64,000 nt of DNA from Octopus sinensis (GCF_006345805.1 NC_043006.1:86738001-86802000); one strand, 5' to 3'. Counted from the stretch's first letter, positions 39,626 to 54,890 are shown. The notes: generated by a model not told the origin, from the sequence alone. Translations and numbers: made by a program.

Positions 39626-40580
39626 TCAATCACATACTTCCTTATACCCTACTACTGTTTACAGAACACATATCAGGCCGCTTTGGCGTCTTTTAACTAT
39701 TTTTTGAAGGACATATGGAAACTTCTAGTTTTCTTGAAGCAGATGTATCTCACCTTCCTCCTTTCATATTCTCAAGCAAATTCTTAGGTCAAAAAAGCAC
39801 TTTTTTCTGCTAAATATTATTCTACTGTTAAATGGGTTTCACCTATGTTTAAAACCTCTCTTTGTTTTGTAATGCTAGCAAAGGAAAAGTTAAGTATTTT
39901 TGTTAATATACAAGATTGCAACCTTGTTGCTGTTAGTGCTTTTACTTATATTTCTGGGTATCAAATTGTGACTATCTGATTTTACATGTAACTGATTGTG
40001 TATTGCCATTTTCCCATTTTATTCTTTTTTTAATTTATCATTTTTCAAAATCAATTTTTGCTTTGTGTATTTGAAAATTGGTTTTCTTTTTTTTTGTTTT
40101 TAGTTGGTGGAAGCATATCAGAGCTATTTCCTTTATTTTTAGCCCCTCTTCCAACTTCTCCAGTAAGAAGAAGTATATTGAATTATTACATGTAAACACA
40201 GGAAAAATCTTTCCCCAAAATATAAATCACTGTCCAAAAGACTGACATTTTGTCTATCCCAGGGGTTGAAGTGGACATCCATACAGTCTAAAGGATTCAT
40301 ATTTGGAAAATAATCTAAAAGAGAAAAAACTCATTCAATAAAACTTAGTAATAATCCAATTTTCTCAGAGTTGTCTGAAACATTCTTTCACTGCAAAACA
40401 CAAAACTAGCAATTTTTTATTAGTCACTGGTACAAATTTTTCCTACCTGGACTTTCAAGATCAAGTCTTATCTAAATTTTATTCAACCAATTTGAATCAA
40501 CATTTAATTCTTTTAGCTGAAGAGAAAGAGCATTTCCAATAATAATAAAAATAAAAATAAATAAAAGATGTGGGACTTAC

Positions 40581-40712
40581 CGATGAGAGCATTTCCCATA
40601 AATCCTTAGTTTCTGCATTTAAATATGGAAATTTTTTCAGGTAATTACATACCCTTTTCCTGAAACGTTCCTTTCCCAAGAATTCTTGTAACATATTCAG
40701 AATACTAGCTCC
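40581..40712 (-). CDS. Internal exon of M1-family aminopeptidase (ERAP/LNPEP/APN-like), phase 0-0
   Basis: Acceptor ttcttag|GGA, donor TCG|gtaagt; 132 nt = GASILNMLQEFLGKERFRKRVCNYLKKFPYLNAETKDLWEMLSS, matching the M1 helix following SYxK (K-G-A-x-I-L-x-M-L...YL...Y.N....DLW). Confidence 0.92.
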
Positions 40713-40828
40713 CTAAGAAGAAACAATTGAAGAATTAAAGTATGAAATTTGCTTGTGATGACTTTCATATATTATAATGATAAATCACTTTATACAACAT
40801 ATGATATATATATATATATATAATATAT

Positions 40829-40879
<51 letters not shown>

Positions 40880-43054
40880 TTTATAATATATGCATATACA
40901 TATATATATATCCTTTATAATATATACATATACATACATATATACCTATGTATGATATATATATATATGTTTGTATAAATAATAAAGTATATGTTAATAA
41001 TACAGCTCTGCAAAAGACACAGAATTGTGAAATCATGATAGCTATAATAATGAATTCTTGGAAGAAGTTTAAGGAGTCATTGCTTTTGTATAAAGTTAAT
41101 TAACACTTTACATCACACCAGAGTTTTCCATTGATATATTGAAAGTTACAGAATATTTTGTTAGGTTTTCACATATTTCAGCTATCTGGTTGCAGGCTTC
41201 CTGGAGCACTACTCTCAAGGATTTTAGTCAATCATATTAACCCCCAGTACATGTATCACTCTTATATTTGTTTCATTGATCTGTATTTATTGAATTGCTA
41301 TGCTGTGTAATTTTACTTGAAGGGATACAACCTGAGACATTAGTAAACATAAACAGAGACATAAACTTGAACAAACAAACACTCACACACACACAAATGA
41401 ACACACACATACACATATACATACACACATACATAAACTCACATACATACAAACAAAGACATCCACAAAAAATACTTACATGCAATTTTTGCTTACTGAT
41501 GTCTACTCACAAGGTATCCACAGCAAAAAATACTTGCCTAAGGTGCTACACAATGATATGTTTACATTCTTTTAAAATGTTTAAGGTTTATGTTAAAATG
41601 CAATGTATTGCAATGATGTAAATATGTATTAATTTTTTCCATAAAATAATGTAGTATATATAAAAAATTAACATCTTTTAGCATTGCTGTACACATTGGC
41701 AGGAGGTGCAGATGAGGGCAGCTGCATCAAACTCTCTCATGCACCAAATGTCAATTGCTAAAAAGCATTTGTGAAGTAAAATCATGTAGCAACACCGAAT
41801 GGCGGTGCCCCAGCATGGCCACAGCTCGTGAGCTGAAACTAGATAAAATGAAAAAGATGATAAATGATATACTTTTAATGATAAATAGATTTTGTATTTT
41901 TATGATGCCATCATCACCATCATCATCATCATCATCGTTTACTGTTCACCTTCCATGTTGGCATGGGTAAAATAAGAATTATTTTGAATATATGAATATG
42001 CTATACCAGACACTCTGGTGTTGACTTCATGATCTTATATGTGTGGGTTAAACAGTTGTATTGAATCTAGAGATAAATAGGAACAACCTACTTCTCACTG
42101 AGAGTTATAATTATGGAAGAATATTTCATTGAATAATTTTGTCACTTTTTAGTCAATCATTTCTTTGTTCCCAAGAGGGAAGACAGTACCCATAATCCTT
42201 TACAGGGCTTCCAAGACAGGTGCAATGAAAGAAGAAATGTATCCTCAAATTCTGGTTTGGATACCTTATAGCAGAGTGGATTCCACTAAAGGTGCCTCTG
42301 GTGCCAGAAGGTGATGTTTTTAAACCAGATAACAAATTAAATCTGTTTATATAACTAGAGTAAGATCAGGAATCAAACCTAACATATTTCATTTGCTAGT
42401 TTGGAACACACATGGATCATGTTCTGATCTTGCAATGTGCCCTGATTATTAACCAATCAACTAACAGAGATATTATGCCATAAGATGGAACATTATCAAA
42501 TGTCCTTGAGGTCTGCGTGCTTTTCTCAGTATTAAAAGCATTTCTGCATCAAGAATAATGCCAGAAGTTTGAGAGAGAGCTATGAAGAATACACATACTC
42601 ACCTCTTGTCAAGCAATGCTTATTTTTCCTTACTAAATCCAGTTAGAAATTAAAAGAATTTGTCTTTATATTTGCAAGCCAATGCTTCCTGGAATCTCAA
42701 GCCTAATTTGTCATTGCTAGGTTCAGTTCTAATCTCCTACATTCTCTAACAGCAGTTATTAGAAGTTTATATTCAATTGTTCTGTTTGATAAACATTATA
42801 ATAAAAATATAGTTACATCTGCATCTGTTCATTATGATATAATGCACAACCAAAACAGTAACTAATAACAACACATCTGTGAACCTCCAAATATGGCAAT
42901 AAAAATGACAATAAAAATCTCTTTCCAGTACAACATATGTATAGACTCAGTGTTTAAAATCATTGTATGACATTTTAGGAAAGCTGTTTATTATAAGGCT
43001 TTTATAGCTATATCTTCAGCTGTTTTTTGTTTTTAAATACTTCTAAAAGATTAA

Positions 43055-43520
43055 GGTAGTGAATTGGCAGAGTCTTTGGCATGCTGGGAAAAAAATTCTA
43101 AGCAGCATTTTGTCCATTGGTTAATAGTATATTGTTCATGTTCTGAGTTCAAATTCTGATGAGGTCGACTTTGCCTTTCATTCCAGAGTTGACAAAATAA
43201 GTACTAGTTGAATACTGGGGTTGATGTAATTAACTATTCTCCCTCTCCCCAAATTAGTGACTTTATGTCAAAATTTGGAACCAATATTTTTAAGGATTAA
43301 GGCAGCAAGTTGGCAGACTTGTTAGCATGTGGGACAAAATGCTTAGTGGTATTTCATCTGTCTTTAAGTTCTGAGTTCAAATGCTGCTGGGGTTGACTTT
43401 GCATTTCATCTTTTTTGGGCAAATAAAACAAGTACCAGTTGAATATTGAGGTTGATGCAATTGACTTACTCACTCCCTGGAAACTGCTGACCTTGTGCCA
43501 AAATTTGAAGCCAATATTTT
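43055..43520 (+). mobile_element. Tandem pair of SINE family 2 copies
   Basis: Two consecutive units (t)ggcaga...ttctgagttcaaat...gactttgc...aagtac(c/t)agttgaata...gatgtaat; also at ~12495-12705 (+), ~46365-46570 (-) and ~60715-60870 (+). Confidence 0.75.
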
Positions 43521-45057
43521 TTAGGATACCATCATGGCCAGGATGCCAATATTGAGAAGATGCATAATTTCTGTCACTAGATTGTTAATAGAATGTTTCT
43601 AATTTAGGCACAAGGCAAACAAGTTTGAAAGGAAGAATGATGCATTATTTTATCAACCTTGGGTTTGATGGCGGGGACAGTGAAAAATACAGCTGTGCAA
43701 GAGTGATCTGAACTTGAGTATAAAAAGCCAGAACAAGTACTGCAAGGGTTTTTTTTCTAACACTAACAATTCTGAGAACAATGTCCCTGGCCAACAGATG
43801 GCAGTCTCTAACTGGAAATATTTCCACATGGCTGCTACTTATTCCTTGCACCAAGATATGAATTGAAGGAAGCAAAATTAAGTGTTCTATTGGTAACAAT
43901 TGCATTATATATAAATACTATAGCAACTCCATCTTCATACTGCAGTCACACAGAAGTTTGTTAGCATTTATTTTTGTTGTTATATTTAAAGTCTACATTT
44001 AAAAAAAAAATAATTGTTCACACTTGACTTATTTTTAACAATTTGTTACACTTTTTGATATTTTGATAACTTTTCCAACATAACTCATTCATCCATGAAC
44101 CTGAAATTATTCTTAGTTTTGCTGACAGGTTGACTGAGATCATCAGAGGTGAAAACTCAGATTATTATATGATTTAATATTTAAAAAAAACAAAAAACAA
44201 AAAAAAAATAATAATAAAATCCAAATATAAATGCCCACAAGGCTTGAAATTTGTGGCTAGGAGGTGAATCAATTAAAATGACCCCAGTACTTGACTGTTG
44301 CTATATTTTATCTAGGATGGAAGGATGAAATACAAAATTGGAAACAGGTGAAAGTTGGTGAAGAGAAAAGCAACCAGCCATAGAAAATCAATCCTCAACA
44401 AATTATCAGGCAAGGAAAAGAGGAAGTTAAAATGTTGTTGATGATGGTAGTGGTGTGACAGCCGACGTAAAGAAGGGCAAAAACCACACCTACTGAAGTC
44501 TACTGAATATAAAGTATAAAATATATAGGATCATATTATCCTGTATTCCCTCCCAATTTTAACGATGTGAGGCAGTATTTTAAGAGAAAATTGATTGTTA
44601 TTTCTAACAAACTAAATGATCATGTTAAGGTATTCTTATGCCTCAAGCAAGGAGAGAATTTGAAAGACAAGGCAAAAAATGTTTTGTGTAATATTTTTAC
44701 AGATTAGTCAGTGGGAAGAGTAGTGGTGGTGGTGGTAGGGAAGCAGCACCCTTGATCACTTTGAGATCTTCAAGATCGGTGGGAGTAAGAGAAGAAGTCC
44801 TTCTCAAACTGGGAAAATGACTCAAATGCTTGCAACAAAGTAGACTTGATTAAAGATAATCAAGGTTCAGGTGGTGGTGTTGAAACAGATGTCAGATTAT
44901 GTCTTACACCCAAGAGATGATACACAAAATGTATAAGTGAAAAAGAAGAGTCACATAGAGTGGGTGGGCCAGAGATGAGTTAGAACCCAGTTTACAGTTA
45001 CACAGAGCAGAAACTATTGTAATAGTGTTACAAGAGGTACAGGAGAAGAACTGACAT

Positions 45058-45462
45058 AGCTGCAGGCATGGTTGTGTGGAAAGAAGCTTGCTTCTCAACC
45101 ACATGGTTCTGGGTTCAGTCCTACTGCATGGCACCACAGGCAAGTGTCTTCTACTATAGCTTCAGGTTGACCAAAGCCTTGTGAGTGGATTTGGGAGATG
45201 GAAACTGAAAGGAGCCTTTCGTATGTGTACATATATGTATGTATTTATGTGTCTGTGCTTGATTCCTTACCATCATTTGAAAATCGATGCTGGTGTGTTT
45301 ATGGCCCCATAACTTAAAGGTTTGGCAAAAGAAACCCACAGAATAAGAACTAGGCTCTCAAAGAATAAGTCCTAGGATCAATTTCCTCAACTAAAACCCT
45401 ATAAGGCAGTGCTCCAGCATAGCTGCAATCAAATGACTGAAACAAGCCAAAGAATAAAAGAA
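45058..45462 (+). mobile_element. tRNA-derived SINE family 1
   Basis: Colinear with 46784-47222. Confidence 0.8.
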
Positions 45463-46783
45463 TATCTCCAGGATTGTTTTTGTCATATGTCGGTCAATGA
45501 ATCGTAAATGGCCAATTTTGTTATTTGAAATCCAGGTTATTTATATGAATACCTGCAGTACAATTGCAGTTTATTTTCTTTACCAAACTTTCATCCTCTC
45601 ATTCATCAACTGTATTGAATGTCATAACTTGCCAAGATTGTATATTGGTTGATTCATAAGATAAAAAGTGTCCTTTCTTCTTTTGTTCTGACTTGCTGTG
45701 TTGCAAGTTCAAATCCAACAGAGGTCACCTTTCCCTTCATCCTTCCAGGATCAATAAATCAAGTTTCAATCCTGGGTGATGGATTGGAAGAGGTATAAGA
45801 GAATTAGGGGAAATATATTGCAGTACCTTTACTAGCCCTTCACACTCTGATGACAAGGCCTGCATATGAACTTTTAAGAAAAAGCCCTTCCTTTAGAAAA
45901 TACTTAGTATGTAGATGGATCACAGGGATGCATGGGTAACTGCTGGTTTTGCACAGAAAATCTTTTCCCAGACCTGTACAAATAGGTACAGATATATGGT
46001 CAATCTTGACTGACAAGCTTAGGTGCCAAGGGAGTTCCAGTCTCCTCTTTAATCCAGGAAATAACCTGCAGACACTATATTTTGAACCCTGTTCACTTAC
46101 ATCAAAAATATTGTGTTAATATATTTGCACTTGGTTTTGTGTTTTTCTAGTCAGTATTTGTAGTAGTCACATTCCTTTCCTGGTAGATGTTAGCCAATTC
46201 AGCAACGAAAATAGGCAACAACCTACTATTGTCATTATCTTCCCTTTGCTGATATCATTTGTTGTTGCTTAACACTAGACCATACCTGATCAAGAAGATC
46301 TATGAACAAAGGCACTCCAGCCATAACCCTCCCATCTCTTTAGAAATATTGGTTTCAAATTTAGACACAAGGCCAGCAATTTCAGGAGAGGAGTAAGTCA
46401 ATTACATCAACCCCAGTACTCAAATGGTACTTGTTTTATTGATGCCCACCACCAAAGGGTAAAAGGTAAAGACAATCTTGGTGGAATTTGAACTCAACAC
46501 ATGAAGATGGACAGCATGCCCCTAAGCATTATGCTCGGTGTGCTAACAATTGTGCCAGCTCACCACCTTCGTCTCTTTAGAAATATTGTAGAAGTATGTC
46601 ATATAGTATGATCTTTCCCTTTTCCATATGGTTGGGTGTGATTTCAAGAATATTTGGCTGTTAGTTAGGAGGTTAAGTCCACACAAAGAAGCTCTCTTAA
46701 TAATAGAAGATGAAAGTAAAGAGAAAACCACCCTTAAGATATACACAACTATAATATATATTGCTTTAAAATAATTCATAACA

Positions 46784-46945
46784 GGCGCAGGAGTGGCTGT
46801 GTGGTAAGTAGCTTGCTTACTAACCACATGGTTCTGTGTTCAGTCCTACTGCGTAGCACCTTGGGCAAGTGTCTTCTACTATAGCCTTGGGCCAACCAAA
46901 GCCTTGTGAGTGGATTTGGTAGACGGAAACTGAAAGAGGCCTGTC

Positions 46946-47005
<60 letters not shown>

Positions 47006-47222
47006 ATATGTTTGTGTCTGTGTTTGTCCCCCCAACATCGCTTGACAACCGATGCTGGTGTGTTTACGTCCCTGTCACTTAGTGGTTCAGCAGGAGAGAC
47101 CAATAGGGTAAGTACTAGGCTTACAAAGAATAAGTCCTGGGGTCGATTTGCTCAACTAAAAGGCAGTGCTCCAGCATGGCCACAGTCAAATGACTGAAAC
47201 AAATAAAAGAAAAAGGAATAAA
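46784..47222 (+). mobile_element. tRNA-derived SINE family 1 (well preserved)
   Basis: ggcgcaggagtggctgtgtggtaag...gttcagtcct...aaatgactgaaacaaataaaag; homologous to 10033-10439. Confidence 0.85.
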
Positions 47223-50200
47223 AGAAAACTCTTCTTATGTTAATTTTTACTATTTTGATGACCAAGGATAACTTTATCTACTTAAAAGTGGAAATCTCAG
47301 CATTATTGCAGCTTTATATCAACCACTGAAACATCCATGAAGCAAATACCAAAAATACCAGCAATATTTCAAGTTAATGTTTCAATTAACTGATCGATTC
47401 ACCATCGAAAATAGTGAAAATCAAAGGTGGAAAGAAAATAGGGAATATGTCATAAGGAAAAATATGAACAGCCACTTAACAGTATAAAAAGAAAATATTA
47501 TCAAGATTGAAGATGGAGTATACAATGTTCACTTGTATACGGATATTTATAAAATCTTTCATATATATATATATATATATATATCTATATATATATTAGA
47601 AGAAATATATTTCTTCTAATATATAATACCTGTACATCATCTCCAAACCTTCCAATATATATATATAAATACATATATAAATATATATATATATATAAAA
47701 ATGTGTGTGTGTGTGTGTGTACATACATACAAATGTGTATGTATGTATATATGTATGCATGTATGTATATATGTATGATGCATATAATATTATTTTGCTT
47801 CTTTTTTCCAAGCTCATATGGGTTGGTGAGAAAAATCTGTGATATTTTAAGCAGTGAGTGCCATCAATGTCAAAAACTGATGCTTTTCTACATGGTGTAA
47901 GGGTAAAGATGGTGGAGAATATTAAAAAATATTACATCTTATCTGTAATAGAGAAAAACTTATATCGACATGTTGCATGGTTGTGTGTGAATATGTGAGC
48001 ATATGATATTTCTGAATATGGTTGCTGAGTAGATAAGAAAATCTATATGACAAATATAAATATGTCAGTAAGTGAATATATATATATATATATATACACA
48101 CAGATTATTATTTGTACACATACACACACATATTGGAAATAATGTGATTCTGAGATTAATATTTAAAAAGAGACAAAGAGGAGACAAAAGGCATACTCTA
48201 CTGACACTTTAAAATCGAAGATAGATTTTTCAGTTGCTTTTAATGACATTTTATCAACAACTCAAAGATTTTCAATACCAACTGGATTTATAGAAAGTGA
48301 ATGGATCTGACACAGAACAGTACAACATGCATTCTGGAGTTACCTACCCCAGCCTTTTCTGATGAGAATTAATCATTTAGATAACGACTGTTCTTATTAT
48401 TGAAAGGTAGTAATTAATTTTAATTTATTAAAATTTCTTGACTTACAACATCAAGTAGGCAGCTGGTTGGCAGAGTTGTTGGAGCATCGTGAATTCTAAG
48501 TTTGTGTCTCACTGAAGCCAGCTTATCCTTTTGTTATTCTGGAGTCTATAAAAGGTACTAGCCAAGAGCTAGAGCATGGGCAAATTACTAGAGCATGTGT
48601 TGGGATATTCAATGCTCTAGTGATTTTCTCAGGACCTTGTTCTGGTACTTAACATTCTAAGTTCAAATCTGCCAGGATTTAGTTGGGGGATAGACTCAAT
48701 TCCTCACCTAGTTTAAACCCCAACATCAGCACTCTGGGTGCTGCTAGCAGAGCCTGTCTGTGGCAAACATTTGGGTCAGATCTCTGGTTAATTTTCATCA
48801 AACTTGAAAGAATCTGTACACCATATACATAGCAAGCCAATGAGTGAGTTTCTGTATGATCACACGACATAGCAGACGTATCACTTTCTACTGCTTCAAA
48901 AATGAATGAATGGCAATAGCATAATCACCATTCACTACAATCAGAGATGACCTAGGCTAAACAACAACTGCAGTGGTTGTGGCAGCAACAATAACAACTT
49001 CTATGCTTTGGCCATATTATGTTGCCACCAGAATGAAGACACAACGTAATTCATGCAGTACCTGATAAAATAAGTATAATACTTGTATTGTAATACTGGT
49101 TAATATTGATGTCATATAAATTCAAATGATAAATAATAGTTCACATCTGATCAGTTTTATTCAAGTTGACACCAGACATTTTATTGACAAATTTCATCTC
49201 ATCTTGCATTTACTATTCCATTGGTTTCAGTCACAGATATGTAGGATTTACAAACTTAAGTACTTCCATCATTCATTTGGTAAATGGAAACTGAAACAAG
49301 CCAATTGTATATAAATGTGTATAAGAATACATGCACAAATGCTTGCATGTGCATGTGTGTGTGTGCTCATGTGCCTGTGTATTTGTGTTTCCTTGTCTTA
49401 ACATTTCATGGTAATTGCAAACGAGTGACACCATCATGCAAATTATGGTGTTTGTTTCCACTCTTTCATGAAAATGTGTCAGGCCAGTGGGAAATATTAC
49501 CTTGTTTTGAAAGAAGTGAAGGTTGGTGACAAGAAGGGCATCTGGTCATAGAAAATCTGCCTCTGAGAATTCTGTGTGACCCACACAGGTTGACATTAAA
49601 ATGATGATGACACATACACACACATGTACATATATGTCTATATGAATATACATGTATGTGTGTGTGTTTGTGTGCCTGTGTGGATGAGCATATATGCTCC
49701 CTTGTTTTGATGTACATCTTGAATATAAACAAAATATCATATAAACAATGTCATTTGGTGGCCAATCTGTTTTTTATGAAGCTGCAGGTTGTTTTCATGG
49801 TCTCAACTTGCCATTAATTTGTATTTTATGTAAGATGTTCCTAATTTACAGTGCTAATGTTCAAAAACTTAAGGTTGTCTTTTATGATATACAATCTCTG
49901 ATTTGGTTTGAACTGGGGTTGCTTTCAAAAAGCTGATTCACTATAAAGCAATTACTTCAGCAATTTGAAAGCACCAAGAAGCTTGATGTCATCATGACCA
50001 ATCCATTTCTTATGATACTTGAAAAGGTGAGCTTCTATATGGAGATAGCTTGCCCTTTCTAGTACTTTTATGTCAGGTGTGAAACATTTTCAACAGGTAT
50101 TTAGCATATACTTTAAACATTTCTAGCAAAAATGTTTTGAGTATTTTAATGTCCCATTGATATGGCACCCATGTTACAAATGAATATAAAAAGGATGTGA

Positions 50201-53200
50201 TGACAAACATCATAAATATAAAAGGTGGTCAAAAGTTTTAAGTCCCTGTCTGACTAGATTCATTTTTCAAGTGTCCCATACACAATTAAAGGCCTGCAGT
50301 TAATCTTGGACTCTAGGGGTCCATCCCAGGTGACAGAGGTGCCAAGATATACAAAAGAATCTACAACATGTTCTAGGTTTTGGTCCTTGGAACAAGTATA
50401 TTTAGTTCCACATATATGTAAACCTCTTAGTTTTTGTCAAAATCAGTACAGGCACTGAAGAAGGGGCCCATTATTTTTTGAATGGTTTGTTCTGAGTCAC
50501 AAGGTCACAGTCATCAAGGTTCTACAAATTATGAACAAGAGCTAGTAATTTATTTAGCTTTGAAATACTTCAAATCAGATGGTTTGGTTGTTCAACAGCA
50601 GACAAAGTAATCTAGAAGTCACTTTGCCTGCAATCTTAAAATACACAGGCAATTATAAGTGTAAAGTATATAGTGAATATAGCTAGTACAGCTATAAACC
50701 TCTACTTAATACCATTGTTCATAGAGATAAGTTCCATCAGAGCACTATTTGTGTTGTAGGTCTTTTTATAAGTGATTATTAAGATAAAGGTATGTAACCA
50801 AAGTTTTCTACCATTTCCCAAAGTGCCTTTCTATTCACTGTGTCAAAAGCTTTCAATAGAGCAATGAAAACTTGATAGAGGGAAATCTCTCTCCGATACT
50901 CATCTCTTGCAATCTATAATGCTATAGAATTATATATGTAGTGCTTTTACTTGAGATGATTTCACATTGAAACTCTGTTAAAATGATGAAATGTATGTTT
51001 ATCAGCAAACAGTTCAATGAAGTCTGGCTAACAGCTTACCAATAGTAAAAAATAAGGAAATAGTATGGAAGTCATTAATGTTACAGTAAACATCTTTTCC
51101 TTTGTATAGTGTAATCAGTATGGGATATTTCACCAATCTTATGGATTTCATGAACCATTCCACACCATGGCAATCAATGTGATCATAGGATATGCCACTA
51201 CATCCTAATCATGCTTAATAACCTCAGCTGTGATATAAGGAATACCTGCAGTCTTTTCTGAATTGATCTGTTTGATGGCAAATACCCTCATATATGCTAA
51301 CATATACTTACACACATACACACTCACACACAATATTATAACATAGACTACACACACACACACACAATATTATAGCAAAATTCCAATCTAAGAACCAAAC
51401 AACAAATCTAAGACCCTTATTGAAGATTTAAGTGCAAACCAGCTAATTTAAAGAAATGATGAAAAATGAAAAGGCACCAAAACTAAAATGATTATTGCTA
51501 ATTAATCCTCACTGACAGTTTTCCACTAATTACTTTTAAGAAAACCTGGCTGTAATTGGGATTCTTCAATCAACGTCAAAGATACAGCAGTAAACCTACT
51601 CATCTTAATCTCTAAGGTTAGTATATTCAGAATTAATTTTCAGTTTATTAAAGATCTTAACATCTCAATTATTAAAACTACTTATACAGATGGTTATCAA
51701 TTAGTATGAATACCGTTATAAATTGACTTTCCCTTAATTGTATTCATTCACATAAGTTAGACTATGAGTAATAAGTACTGACAGCTCAAAGTGGTAGACT
51801 TAATCTGTTTAATCATTCAGTGTTATGCCAGCTGTTACTCATATTCTCCCTTCAAATACGGTTATATTACAAGGGACGAGTTAAAAACCAACAGGGTTGG
51901 CAAAATCTCAGACAAAATGTCTTGTAGTATTAATTCTCCCTTTTTTCATTATTTTCATTTCTATTCTTTTTTGTTTATTTATTTGCATTCTGAGTCTAAA
52001 ACCTTGTATGGTCAATTTTCCATTCCTCCTTATCATAGACACCATCATCCTCATTGTTTTAATTTCCACTTACCCATGCTTGCATGGGTTGGATGGAATT
52101 TGTTGAGATGACTTTTTCACAGCTGGATGGCCTTCGTGTCACCAACCCTCACTTGTTTCCAAGTAAGGTGATATTTCCCCATGGCTGGATATGTCTCAGA
52201 AGGCCGGAAATAAAGGCTCTACTTACAAGTATTGCATTATGTCAAGACAAAGAGACAGTAACACACACTTTCTATCTCTCTCTCTCTTTCTCCCACTTGC
52301 GCTCATACATACGATAGTGGAGGTATGTGACTTAGTGGTTAGGGTGTTGCTTTCATAATCATGAGATTGGGATTTTGATTCCTAGACCAATTGATGCTTT
52401 GTGTTCTTGAGCAAAGCACCTCATTTCATATTGCTCCAGTTCACTCAGATGGTAAAAATGAGTAATCCCGAGATGGACTGGTGTCTCATCCAGGGTGGGG
52501 AATATAAATACCAATGAATCCAGGAAACTGGCTTTAAGAGCCTATGCCTCAGGAAGGACCTTTAATTTTTCTGTTTGTTTTGATATGTATGATGAATTTC
52601 TTTCAGTTTTTGTCAATGAAATCCACTCACAAAGCTTTGGTAGGCCCATGGCTATAGTAGAAGACACTTGCCCAAGGTACCATGCACCAGACTAGACCAA
52701 AAGCAACTTACCAAACTGGCATGCCTGTGACATTAAAATAAATTACCTGTGAAGTTCTGGAGTTAGTTTAATCAACTGCTTGATCTTCTCAAAAGAGTGA
52801 CCTTGTTATCAAAGATATATGATATTAAAACATATATGAGAAAATCAGTTATTATTTCTTTTTGCATATGAATGCTAATATCTATATAAGGAATTCTCAA
52901 TAATTAACCAATACATTCCAATATAGATACTTTGTGATCAAATGTTTTTGATTAATCATACCTGAAGCAAATTCTGCTCCACTAACTGTTACTTGTACTT
53001 AAAGTGGTGTAAAGTTATAGTGTTGAAGCAAAATTGCAGAACTGTTATATTCTATTTTATAATTTAGTGAAAAAAAAGAGAAACCATCATTACTGGTGGA
53101 AGGAAAGGGAAATGGAACCGCACTTAGAAAATTCTTCTACAAGATGCAGTTTTAGGCAAGGAATCATTTTCTTTTTTTTGTGATAGACTAGTAGTTGCTC

Positions 53201-53657
53201 ATGCACGCAAATCCTACCTCTTTACACCACCAGTATTGTCCACAGAAAAGTGATGTTAGACTGTATCAGCTAATGCTGATACAGTTTTGGATCAGTAGCA
53301 TCACAAATGTCGGTTAACAATTCCACCAATTCTTGTCACCCTGGATAAGTGCAGTTCCTCTAAGTATCAAGGTTGATGTTGATTATTATCGCAATAAAAG
53401 TAAGTATGTGAAGATATGGTGCTGTTCTTGGACTGGAAACCTGGTCCAAATGTTTGCAACAGACTCAATGCCACTGAAAGTATTCAATGGCTAAGTGGTT
53501 GTGTTAAATTAGATGATAGATTAGGTTTACTACTCAACATGGGATAAACGGTATTCATATTCAAACTTATGTGAAAGGATGTGATCAAATTATTATCTTA
53601 TAATCAGGTGGGAAGACAATACTCATGACACTTTATAGGACCTCTAGGGCTAGTAGA

Positions 53658-53708
<51 letters not shown>

Positions 53709-53781
53709 TATCTCGAAGCAGAATGTTTGCAACAGAATAGGAACTGTTAAACACACTCAAAGAGCCAGATGGTGGTGTTGA

Positions 53782-53995
53782 CCCTTTAGCATTTAAACAG
53801 GCTATATCTGGTCTAAATATTCTACCTTGTTTTATGTTCAAACTGGCCAGATTCAGCTTCCCATGTATGCTCTATAATGTCATTTTGAAAATTAACAATA
53901 ACATTATTGAAATCTACAAGATAATGCATGATTAATTCAAAATGATGGGAATAAACAAGCATTACATTTGACACAGTAACCTGAATGCTAAAGAG
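53782..53995 (-). mobile_element. piggyBac-like (TTAA-type) MITE, second copy
   Basis: ccctttagcatttaaac...ctgaatgctaaagag|ttaa; reverse-complement homolog of 29646-29852. Confidence 0.55.
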
Positions 53996-54817
53996 TTAAA
54001 CTGCATGAAAAATAATGCTTAGCAACAAGTAAAGCCTTGAACTCAGAATACAAAAGCTGGAACAAATACAAAAATGCATTCAGTATCTCAGTTTTACAGT
54101 CAAGTCATTCCATCATACTGGATTGTTACTTTGTTTTTTTATTTTTTTTATTAACTCCAAAAGAATGGAAGTCAAGGTTGATCTTGATGTGATTTGAACT
54201 CAGAATATAAAATATCAGATCTAATACCACAAAAGTGGTATTAGATCTGAAAGTGTCTATGTTGTGGTGCACCTGAGCACTGTATACAATAATTTCATAA
54301 TTATTATTTAAAACACTTTCTATGATGTTCTAATAACTCAGTCAATATCCACCAGTGAATTCTACAGTGGTGGTTCACTCTGATTAGTTTTATTAAATTT
54401 GTAAAGTACATATTATGAATTGCATCTTATTTTCTACATTTGTTTCAACAGTGTATTACTCAGCATATTTAGGTTTCATTTATCAATATCATTTTCAAAA
54501 TATTTCAATAGCAATGAATCACAAATTGCTGTTAAGGTTATCGTTAATGAAGACAAACAAAAACAGCTTGTACTTAGAAGTATAAGCTCAGCCTGCACTT
54601 CTAAGATTAGTAAGCAATTAAAGCAATCTAGAGAAAGTAATATTTTGAAACAGCCACTTGTGTCACTGAAACAACCACTTGTATCAAAGAACAACAACTC
54701 TAAAACCATAATAAGTTATGACTAAGTTTATAAAGAGACATGATTGCACAAGAATGATATTAAGAAGAGATTTTTGATTCTTCAAACAAACAACTATAAC
54801 TTTACAGAAATATAATA

Positions 54818-54890
<73 letters not shown>

